Origin: a virus | Taxonomy: Duplodnaviria; Caudoviricetes | Length of the DNA stretch: 64,000 nt | Virus record (IMG/VR): IMGVR_UViG_3300028048_003204 | Span: 3,454 to 67,453 of that record | Reading direction: 5' to 3' (one strand) | Shown: piece by piece, positions 28,042 to 38,300 of the stretch | Numbering within the stretch: position 1 is the stretch's first letter | How the letters are laid out: every line of letters begins with the position of its first letter | Notes under the pieces: generated by a model | What the model saw: the letters and a program-made list of their open reading frames with translations, nothing else | What the model was told of the DNA's origin: nothing | The model's database searches: none | Made by a program: the position numbers and the translations under genes

Positions 28042-29721
28042 TTATTTACCTAAATCTAAAATATATTTTTTAAGACTTTCCAATGAATTCTGTGATATTT
28101 TATTATCAATAATAAAATCAGATATAGCCTCTTTTGTTTTTACAATTTCGTGTACTCTTTCATCAATGGTATCTTTTGTAATTAACTCATAGATAAATAC
28201 AGCTTTATTAGCACCAATTCTATGTATTCTATCCTGAGCTTGTTCAACTTCAGCAGCTGTCCAAGGTACATCTAGAAATATAGCATACGACGCAGCTGTT
28301 AATGTAAAACCTGTACCTGCCTTCTGTGAAGTCGCCAACATTACTTTACAATTTATATCATCTTGAAATTTTTTCTTATTAATTTCAACTTCTTGATCGG
28401 ATACATCGCCTGTAACTAATACAGGATTAAACTTCATTAGCTTTGTATATAATTGATTTAATGGGTCTTTGAATACAGAAAAAACAATTACCTTATCCCC
28501 ATTATCTGTAATTTCTTCTATTAAATCTATAGCTCGATCAACCTTTGCACTTGGTATTTCTTCTGAAGATAATACCCAAGGAGATACAGTGGCTTGTCTT
28601 AATCTAGTTGTTAATGATAATATGTTAGCAGGATTTAAATGCACTTTATCAACTTGATCAACAATGCCATCTACAATATTGCTATAAAATGTTGACTGTT
28701 TATCCTTCATAGTAACATATTCCTGTATTACAGTTTTTGGTGGTAAATCTAGTAAATCTTTCGTCCTTCTCAATGAATATTTAGATAATTGATCTTTTAA
28801 AACATCAGTATTTTTATAACCAATTATTTCATTATCAAAATAGCCACCAAATACACAATAATAATATTTAAAATTAGTAGCAGTACTATTTTCAATACCT
28901 AGCCATTTCAATGGTACATATGCGTCAAGTGGATTATTGGTTAATAAAGTTCCAGTCATAGCAACTTTATATTTTGCAGTTAATTTCTGTAAACCTTTAC
29001 TCTGTTGAGCCGATACAGATTTTGCTTTATGACATTCATCGAATAATATCATATCAAAATTTGTTTTACCATTATTAATTTCTTTAACTATTTTATCATC
29101 TCTTAAAGTTTCAATATTTGTAATGGTAAAGAATTCTTCTCTTTCTACTTTTAAATCATCTAATCTTTCCTTTATACCACCAACTTTAAGTTTACCTTTT
29201 TTATTAAGCTTTTCTCCAAGTATATGTACAGAAAGGTGTGAATGTTTTTCAATTTCAGCTTTCCAGTTGTGTTTTAAAGCATTTACTCCACATACAACTA
29301 AACAATGATTTATTTCCCCTCTTTCTTTTAATTCCTGAGCAAGATAAATCATTTGTAAAGTTTTACCTAATCCTGGAGCGTCTAGCAATAACCAGTTAAA
29401 ATTTGTCAATCCGAACTTTATTCCCTCTAATTGATATGGAAAAGGTTTTGTAAGATAACTATCTTCATTTAATTTTACTTCAATATGTTCTTTTATTTCT
29501 TCTTCTAAAAGGGTTATATCTATTGAATCTAAATTTGATAACAAAGTAATAGCTCTAGATAAACTTGTTGCAGGTATTTCCCAACTTTGTAACTTTTTAT
29601 GATAAATAGCATTTGGTACCTGTTTTATAGTATCTACTACTCTTTTATCATAATTAAATGATACTTTAAAAGAAGTTTCTCCAGGTAATTTATATGGTAT
29701 TTGTTCTTGTAGATATATCAT
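28042..29721 (-). CDS. SNF2-family helicase/translocase with HARP-like N-terminus
   Basis: PFPYQLEG, DAPGLGKT, FDECH, MTGT, LRRTK, GTGFTLTAAS, QAQDRIHRIG. Confidence 0.92.
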   Translation of the reverse strand: MIYLQEQIPYKLPGETSFKVSFNYDKRVVDTIKQVPNAIYHKKLQSWEIPATSLSRAITLLSNLDSIDITLLEEEIKEHIEVKLNEDSYLTKPFPYQLEGIKFGLTNFNWLLLDAPGLGKTLQMIYLAQELKERGEINHCLVVCGVNALKHNWKAEIEKHSHLSVHILGEKLNKKGKLKVGGIKERLDDLKVEREEFFTITNIETLRDDKIVKEINNGKTNFDMILFDECHKAKSVSAQQSKGLQKLTAKYKVAMTGTLLTNNPLDAYVPLKWLGIENSTATNFKYYYCVFGGYFDNEIIGYKNTDVLKDQLSKYSLRRTKDLLDLPPKTVIQEYVTMKDKQSTFYSNIVDGIVDQVDKVHLNPANILSLTTRLRQATVSPWVLSSEEIPSAKVDRAIDLIEEITDNGDKVIVFSVFKDPLNQLYTKLMKFNPVLVTGDVSDQEVEINKKKFQDDINCKVMLATSQKAGTGFTLTAASYAIFLDVPWTAAEVEQAQDRIHRIGANKAVFIYELITKDTIDERVHEIVKTKEAISDFIIDNKISQNSLESLKKYILDLGK

Positions 29722-30023
29722 TAATCTTCTTTCATAAATAGGCTAGGTTTTGATAATTTAGTTTTATATGCATTTTTATAATTTTTAACTTTAGAATCTA
29801 CATAAAACTTTACATTAGCATCAACCTTAAATCTCTTACCACAATAATCACAATAGTATGTTTCTGTTGTATTCATATTTAAGCCTAAATAATTTATTAA
29901 TTTACCATTAAAATCTTTTTCTATGTTTCTTGGCTTACCTAAGAAATCATTAGGATAAAAAATTTCTGCTGGTAAATATTCTGCACCACAATGGCAACAT
30001 CTAATAATATGTTTACTTGACAT
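29721..30023 (-). CDS. Zinc-ribbon protein
   Basis: CCHCG and CDYCG pairs. Confidence 0.7.
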   Translation of the reverse strand: MSSKHIIRCCHCGAEYLPAEIFYPNDFLGKPRNIEKDFNGKLINYLGLNMNTTETYYCDYCGKRFKVDANVKFYVDSKVKNYKNAYKTKLSKPSLFMKED

Positions 30024-30047
30024 TTATTACTCCCTTTGTCCAATAAA

Positions 30048-30082
30048 AATAAGGTATATAACATATAGTTATATACCTTATT
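30048..30082 (-). terminator. Perfect 15-bp inverted repeat, terminator of the tail operon
   Basis: AATAAGGTATATAAC-5nt-GTTATATACCTTATT, followed by a T-rich tract on the minus strand. Confidence 0.75.
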
Positions 30083-30108
30083 ATATACATATTTTATTAA
30101 AAAGTAAA
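30080..30108 (-). promoter_or_regulatory. Promoter TTTACT-N17-TATAAT overlapping the terminator stem
   Basis: -35 at 30103-30108, -10 at 30080-30085. Confidence 0.75.
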
Positions 30109-30109
30109 A

Positions 30110-30718
30110 TTATAGAGAAATTTCTCCACCATCTATATTAGAAATTGATATTGATGAGAATTTAAATAGTGAATCTAGAGGTACAAATCTACCCCAAGAG
30201 CCATCATCTTTTTGCATATATTTAACTAAAGGGAACTCATAAAAATCATATTCTGTTAATCCTGATGGTGGGTCAGGTTTTTCTTCATCACTGGTGTAGA
30301 AAATTATAGCTTGATATTCTCCTTGTATATCTTCCTGTCCATATAATTCTGGGAACTCTGGATATGTTTTATCTATAAAAATACCTGCAAATAGTGTATG
30401 TTCTTCTTCATCGGAAAAATTAAACTGAGTAGCAGTTAATAAATAATCTAATCCGGATATACTATTACCCCTTGATATAGAGAAATAATAACCTCTAATT
30501 ACAAATTCAAAATCTGCAAGATTATTATGCCAAACATCTATTGAAAGGTCTTGTGTAAAATCTACATCAGTTAAACCTGTCGTTATTACAAATCCATCTA
30601 CATCTACAAGACGATTTATTAATCTAGTTACACTGTTTTCTGTCATCAATTTATTAACAGAAGCTCGCTTGGTAGATGGGAAACTATTAATGTTATCTGT
30701 ATTTAATTTATATGACAT
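30110..30718 (-). CDS. Tail/baseplate-associated hypothetical protein
   Basis: 202 aa, last gene of the tail operon. Confidence 0.65.
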   Translation of the reverse strand: MSYKLNTDNINSFPSTKRASVNKLMTENSVTRLINRLVDVDGFVITTGLTDVDFTQDLSIDVWHNNLADFEFVIRGYYFSISRGNSISGLDYLLTATQFNFSDEEEHTLFAGIFIDKTYPEFPELYGQEDIQGEYQAIIFYTSDEEKPDPPSGLTEYDFYEFPLVKYMQKDDGSWGRFVPLDSLFKFSSISISNIDGGEISL

Positions 30719-30728
30719 TTATTTTCCT

Positions 30729-31313
30729 TTACTGAACAACAATATTAGATGAAACACTATCTGAAGAACCTTCTTCTGCATATAGTAATTCTGTATACCA
30801 AGAAAATATTGCAGAAGTAGAATCACGTATTTCTCTTATTTCAGCTGGAGTAATATCTATTTCAGCAAAATATTTTCTATTTTTAGGTTCATATGAGCAT
30901 AACCTAACTTTTAAATTTATATAACCTTCATCAGCTTGTGATAAAACATTATCCAATATACCACCATTTAAATCAGAATAATAAACAGTTGATACAAGTA
31001 CACCTAACCAATTTTCTAACTCGGTATCATACTTATACTGTCTACCACCAATATTAGCTGGTTCATTTAAAATAGACATCCAGATACCATTGCTATAAGA
31101 ATAATCTTCATTTGTAGCACTTGGCACCATATATCCAATATCTATTAATCTAGGTATATCTACAGAATAATCCAAGTTACCTGTAATAGCCTTAACAAAT
31201 AATAATGACATATCTGATAGACCAGTATTGTGGGTGGTTTGTTTTAGTATGTTCTTACCCTTTTTAAAAGCAATTTTTACTTTACCTCTGTAAACATTTA
31301 CATCTTTATTCAT
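30729..31313 (-). CDS. Tail/baseplate-associated hypothetical protein
   Basis: 194 aa; YRGKVKI...HNTG start typical of fibre-attachment-type proteins. Confidence 0.6.
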   Translation of the reverse strand: MNKDVNVYRGKVKIAFKKGKNILKQTTHNTGLSDMSLLFVKAITGNLDYSVDIPRLIDIGYMVPSATNEDYSYSNGIWMSILNEPANIGGRQYKYDTELENWLGVLVSTVYYSDLNGGILDNVLSQADEGYINLKVRLCSYEPKNRKYFAEIDITPAEIREIRDSTSAIFSWYTELLYAEEGSSDSVSSNIVVQ

Positions 31314-32319
31314 TTACATTTACCTCATGGAACTGATCTCTACTCATAACAGTAGCTAAGCTAACTGCATTTACATCAATATCTGAAATGACTTTATCAA
31401 TAAATTCTTTTGTTTTATTATAAGAATATTCTACATATGTAATACAATTATCAGGTATAGTTATATTATAAATACCACTAGACATATATTCTAATTTAAC
31501 TCTTGTTTCTGTACCTGATGTAGAATCTACATCTATCTGGTATATATCAACATTTGTAGAAGGTGGTATAGGTACAGCATCATGCTTTAATGTATATGGT
31601 ACAGTACCTGGTGTATCACCTACAAATTCTTTTCTTGTTGAAATATTGTCTGTGCCAGCATAATTGAATACTGCACTATATTTATCTGAATTGCCTTTTA
31701 CCATACTAATATAAGGTGCCGAAATACCTGTACTATACGAATTATTATGTGTATAAAATAAGAATGTATATTCTTTATATTTAAACCTATCAAAGTAATC
31801 TTTAGGAACACCAAATGCATATTCTACAATTAACCCAGATGGTATAACCATATCCAAGTATTCATCTAAAGTATGTAAATTAGTTAAACTTGGAAATGTT
31901 GATAAAATTATAACTATTGAATAAGGTCCAATTGGTCTATTTAGTATTGCAGATATCTCAGCTGCAGACTCTTCATCTTTAGAATGAAGAGCCACAGCGT
32001 TTTCAAAGACATCCATAGAATCTAAAAATGCATTTAATAAAATATTAACACTCTTTAAAGACCCTTTATACTTTAATGCAATAGGTAAAGCTTCTAATAA
32101 CTGTCTATTAGAATAAGCTTCTTTATCATAAATACCAAGTTTATCACCCAACAAAGGTAAAACTGTATCTTTTATGTTTCTTGTGTCTGTCAAATTTTGC
32201 ATAGAGTCTATATTGTATTTTAGGCTATTCATAGCAAAATCATACATTCTGCATAGTACTTGAAAATCTCTACTAGCTTCTATGTAAAAATCAGGCACCA
32301 TTTCTTGATAACGAATCAT
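31306..32319 (-). CDS. Baseplate wedge subunit (P2 gpI / gp7-like)
   Basis: VPDFY...LPLLGDKLG...YKYKGS-like pattern; follows the gp6-like gene. Confidence 0.6.
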   Translation of the reverse strand: MIRYQEMVPDFYIEASRDFQVLCRMYDFAMNSLKYNIDSMQNLTDTRNIKDTVLPLLGDKLGIYDKEAYSNRQLLEALPIALKYKGSLKSVNILLNAFLDSMDVFENAVALHSKDEESAAEISAILNRPIGPYSIVIILSTFPSLTNLHTLDEYLDMVIPSGLIVEYAFGVPKDYFDRFKYKEYTFLFYTHNNSYSTGISAPYISMVKGNSDKYSAVFNYAGTDNISTRKEFVGDTPGTVPYTLKHDAVPIPPSTNVDIYQIDVDSTSGTETRVKLEYMSSGIYNITIPDNCITYVEYSYNKTKEFIDKVISDIDVNAVSLATVMSRDQFHEVNVNE

Positions 32320-32329
32320 TATTTTGTCC

Positions 32330-35300
32330 TTACCTATTCATTTTAGTCGTAATATACCTACAATTAAGTTCATCGAAATTTAATTGTGGTATAATGAAAC
32401 TATTATACACATGATTTGAATTCCAGAATGATTTAGGGTCTAACGGATTTTCAATTAAATCGTTAGCCGATGGCTTAAACATATAATTAAATTGTTCATC
32501 AGTATCTAAAGCTTTAATCTTTTCGAGTACAGTATCAAATTCACTACCAAATGCAGGATTTTGATTATACTTGAATACATCTAAAATTGTATAGGTTCTA
32601 GGTGCTTTATTATCATCTATTGTAAATCTTAAATATGAATTTACATCTGAAATACTCACATATAAATCTGGTTCTTTATAATATGTTTTTGTATTAGCGT
32701 CTGCCATAACAGCATCTGTAGATAACTCATAGAACCAATAACCATTATCAAGTATATATTCATACCAGCCTTCTTCGACTGGTGATAATGATCTAGTATC
32801 TTCATTAAATGGTATTGCTTCAAGTAAGCTTGAACCTACTGAGGTATAACTTGAATCACATTTGATATAATCATTATCAAGTTTGATATACCAACCAAGT
32901 GCATATGGAGACTTACCAAATAAATATGATACTAATGAAGGTAATTTAATTTTATTATATTCACTACTAATACTCAAGTAAATATAATCATATTTATCAC
33001 CAGTAAATACTGTTCTACTTGTATCTACATATGAATGTAAATATGTATTATAATTAGTATCAAATGTATATTTCATATCGCCATATGCAATATTAGAAGC
33101 TATTGCAGGATAATCAATATACCCATTTACACCAGAACCACCCGATGAAATTCCTTCAAGCATATTTATCATATTTATAGTAAGATTTATATCATCTTTC
33201 ATATTCATACCTAATAGATAATTTCCTGAAGGTAATCCTATAGGTAAATCTATTGTTGATGGTGAATATGTAGTTGGGTTACTACCCTCATTTTCATCTT
33301 GATTGAAATATAAATATGTTTTATAATTGCTAGTATCATATGCATAGTAAGAACCATTTGTAAATGGTGTAAATGCATATAATTTATTAAGAATATCTTC
33401 TCCGAGCATATCTACTGTTGAGACATCTATAAATGTACCTATCTTGTTTTCAACAGGATATTTTAACTGGAATGTTATATTATTATGTGAACTACCATCT
33501 AATGTTGCTATAGGTTCTTCAGCTACATCACTATCATATAACTTTAATGTGTGATTATATTCAAGCTTTTGTCCGCTTGTACTTGAAGTATTAAGCATTA
33601 ATGATGAGTAGCCTCTCCATTTATAATCATCAACAGCTACTGTTTCAATGTCTTTAATATCTTCTCCAACTCTTTGGTATGAAACTTTATATGAATCTAA
33701 GTCTAATACTGTTTCTGTATTACTAAATACTGGCCATGATACATATGCTTCAGAAGTTTCATCTGCTTCAAATATAAGCGTATCTCCAGAAGAAAATGAT
33801 TGAATTTCATTTTCTATTAATGTTAATGAAGTATTTGTCTGTAGTGATGTCCATAAATCTCCAATATTCTTAATTGGGTCTTTATAAATATAATCATTAT
33901 CTAATGCTGTACAAGTCCAAGCTTTTATTTCTCCACAGTTTCTATTATATAAAACTTTTGGCTCATAGTAGTTTTTATAAGTGTACCTTACAAAATCATT
34001 AAACTCATATAATTTAGGTATAAAGAATATATGTACTATACCATAATTACTCACACCATTCTTTGAATTAGGGAATAATCTGGAAAGTTTTAAATCATTA
34101 TCTAAATATATGAATGAAGGTACATTTGGAGTTACTGAAGTGTCAACATCTAATATATAGTAGTTTATAGGGTCTACTAAATCTGCATCTGCAAAATTAT
34201 TTAAAAATGCAGCAGGTATGAAGAACCACGCGTTAGTTCCAGTAGAATCTGGCCCTTCATCAAGTATAGGATAAATATTACCTATTATAATGGATTTATC
34301 AATTATAGTATTACCAGCTACCTTGATATATTTATTATCAGTAGAAGTATCTATTTCTTTCCATTCTTCAGAATCCCAAGTGCTTGATGCCTGATCAACT
34401 ATACACATATAAGCGTTTGTGTTTGCATCTATTGTATATAGTACAACAGCACCATATTCATAAGTTTCGTCGCTACTCCATTCTGGTATAGCTGAAGCAT
34501 CTCTTATACTACTTATGAGATAAGAATTACTATCATCACTTGGTATAGTATGTGGGTCAGTATGTGTCTTAAACTTAAATGTTGCCCAAGAGGTATCAAC
34601 TCTAACCCATTCATCATAATTCCATGTACTTGACGCTTGAGATACAATACATTTATATGATAGCGCTGGCTGTTCACTGCTTGGAGAATAAGCTACAACA
34701 TCATCATATTTATATATAGAATTAGAATCCCATAAAGGAACTTCCATATATGGTTTTTGATATGATATAGCAGTTGCCCAATTTGCAGCAATTTGTGATA
34801 ACCTCTTTGTAGATTCTTCTAATGAAGAATCAGTTTGTGCCGATGTATTACTAAACCAATAGAATAAATATGATAAAGGTGATCTATTATATGAACCCTC
34901 ATATTCTGTTAACACTGTGCCAGCATCTAAGAATGAAGGGCTATACCCTGATATATTACTATATACTGTTGTAGGTAATTTTGAACCTAGATTGTTATTA
35001 TAATAATATGTAGAATTTATTGAACTTGGTTTATAATAATAGCCAGAATTATTTAGATTATTTGTAAATAATGTATCTTTTTCTTTTAATAATTCTACAC
35101 TAAGTGATTTATTAACTGATTCCACTTTTGGAGTAGTATCAGAGGTTAGCATATATTCATAAGTTCCTGTAATTGAATTATATTCATATGCCCACAAACC
35201 TTCTGCATTAGGATTTGATAAATAACTAACTGGCACTTCTTCAGTATGAGAAGCAGTAGTATAATATTTTTTATATATTGGTGTAAGTAACCCGAGTGTT

Positions 35301-38300
35301 TCAGGACTTGAAGTTATCATCTCTGACATATCTATTGTGGTATATGTGCTTATATCAATTAAATTTATACCAGAATATTTTGTATCAGCTAAAATATTTC
35401 TATTTATAATCGATGTATCTTCTGTAGATGTGTATCTATTTTGCTTTGTAGCAGCAACATTATCATTTAAAGCATATTGATCTATAAATTTAGTACCTGT
35501 ACCAGAAGTTAGTATTTCATATAAACCTAACTCTTTAGGATTATATAATTCTGCTGATGTATATAAATTTACTTCTTTAAAGCAGCCAGTTTCAATTTCA
35601 TCAGATACATAAATTTCTCTATCCACACCATTATCATCAGTTACAGTGCTCTTAATATACCAACCCGCTTCTTTCCTCATTACTAGTACATAATAATACT
35701 TTCCAGAAACTAATGCTGTATCTAAGGTTCTTATAAATGTTAATTTATAGTAATCTACACCATCTTGAGGTTCAGTATTAAATGTCGGTATATATGATAT
35801 AGTTGTATCATCATGTATAACTTGCTCATATAAATTTTTTGCTAATGGATTATCATCACTTCCTAATGTTTGTAATTCTGCACTTGACACTTCATACAAA
35901 CCATTAGCAAAAGGTCTTATTTGATTATTTTCATCTGTTAGCCAACTAAAATCTCCATCTAATAATATGTGTGAAATATCATCAACAGCTACATAATAAA
36001 TTGAATTTTCAATTTCAGTATATATTGAAGATTCAACACCACAATTTCTAATAAGTGTTGTACCAGGACCAAGCATAGCAAAGTCTGTAGCAGACTCATT
36101 AGTATAGAATAATGCTTCACCATTTCTTAAAGTATAAGTATTTATAACTTCTGAAGAATTATTATCATTTACACTATCAAAATTATCAAATAAAGTATAT
36201 GATTTTAAATTTGAATTATTTGAATATGTTGGCTCATTTAATATCCAGAAGAATTTATATTTATCTTCTCTATCAAGAGTTATAGTTGAAACTTCTTGTA
36301 TCTGAATTTCATTAGTACCTGATATTGCATTATTTATGATTGCAGAACTATTTCTTATTTCTGTTTTATAATTTTCATTATAAGTTGATAATTCATAATA
36401 ATTCTTTGTAGGATTAACTGAAAAATAAGTTACTACTCTAGCTCTAGCAAACCCAGATAATGCTGATAAAGAAGTTTGTTTTGTTATATCAAATGTAGAA
36501 TGTATGATTGCACCAGCACTACAAGCGTAAACTGTGTAACCAATAATAGTTGTAGCATCATCGTCTTTTATTGGATTATATAATATAAAATATTCGTTAC
36601 TATTTAATTTATAAGAAGAATCAGCAGGAATATCATTATATAATACATATTCAAAATGTACATTATTTGGAAATGTTTTTGTAGCATTAAACTTAGGTCT
36701 ATAAATAGATACAACTTCATTATCCTTTAATGTATATGCTTTTCTTATAAATGAATTTTCATTATCTAATGAATAAGAAGTAACAGAATCATTCTGTACA
36801 TCTATTATGGCTTCACCTGTAATATTGCTTATACCATCAATATAATCCAAATATTTTTGGCTTAAGTGGTATATAAAAGTATCATCTGGGACTAATAATT
36901 GTGTAGTACCAGCTAATATTGATTTGCATATAATGTCTTTCTTCATTAATGCAGAAATAATATCAGAAATACTTCTTTGAGAGATAGGTGTTAATGAATC
37001 CATATCACTATTAAGTTCTACATCTATATACATATTTTCATTCTTATCATAGTATGTAGCAAATAATGAATACTCTACTGGATCTATAGTAACATTTTTA
37101 ATTCTATCATCACTATTTTTTGCAATTTCAACTAAATAGTCTATAGAAATTGGTAAACCAAAACCCACTTGTGAACTATTTACATTAGAATATAAACTTG
37201 AAATAATACTACTTGAAATATCTGCTTGTGTATCTTCATCTAGTACATTATATGTAGATATATTTAATGTAACTGGATATACACCTTTAAACATTACTGT
37301 ATGAGGGAGAAGGGCCTCTACATCAATATTATATACATTTGATAGGCTAGCTGGTGTTCCATCAAATACAGAAGTATCAGAAATTAACTCATAAATATCT
37401 TCTTCAGAATCATATAACCAGTATGATTTGTTATCATACCACATATCATCATTTGATTTAATATATGTATTCTCACCTAAAGGCAGAATATCTTCATATG
37501 TATGCTCAAGATGTGATGTACCCTCTAATAATGAATCAAACTCTGGATAAGTTTTCATCATAGAGAATGTTTGATTATATGCTGTTTTGCTATTTAAAGC
37601 TATAGCTTTTCTAAGTAAATAGAACTTAAGAGAAAATGGACTTAATGCATCTACATATTTTGGTTCTACTGATGATAATTCATAGTAAGTACTTAAATCA
37701 TTGAGCACAGGTGTAGTAACTTCAGATAATGTGTTATTATTAGATATTGTATAATATGTCTTTAAAGGATTTATATTAATATCTGATGTTTTTACAAACT
37801 TGTAGTCAAATGTAGATTCTAAAGTTGTTTTATCTAATAATTGTTCTACTTTAACAATTATTGTGTCCAAATCATGATTACTGCTCATAATTTTGTATGT
37901 AGACTGAATATCATTAGTTCTATCACATACAAAGGCATTTGAACAAATATCAAGCTCTTGGCTTCTAATATAATTTAAATAATCTCTTAATGTAATTAAT
38001 GTCTTGAAAGTACCAACTGTTCTCTTATAATTAATATAAGCATCATTTATACTTTCAATATCTTTATGACCTGAAGCAGCTACATAATTAACAATTTTAA
38101 CATTACTTGAATCTAAAACTATGCCAGCATCTCCACCTACAGCAATAGGTGCTAAGAAACTATTCAATGCTTGTGCTGGAATATTAATTGTTTCTTGAGG
38201 TACTACTAAATATGTAATCTCAATACCACTTCCAAATAATTCTGAATAATTATCTGGAAATTCTAAGAAACAAGTATCAGTATTACTATCATAGCCAAAA

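Noticed and set aside
10478-29721. Inteins or introns in RecA, PolA, DnaB or SNF2
   Set aside because: Lengths are normal and there are no splice-junction or LAGLIDADG/HNH motifs. The PolA insertion lacks intein ends.
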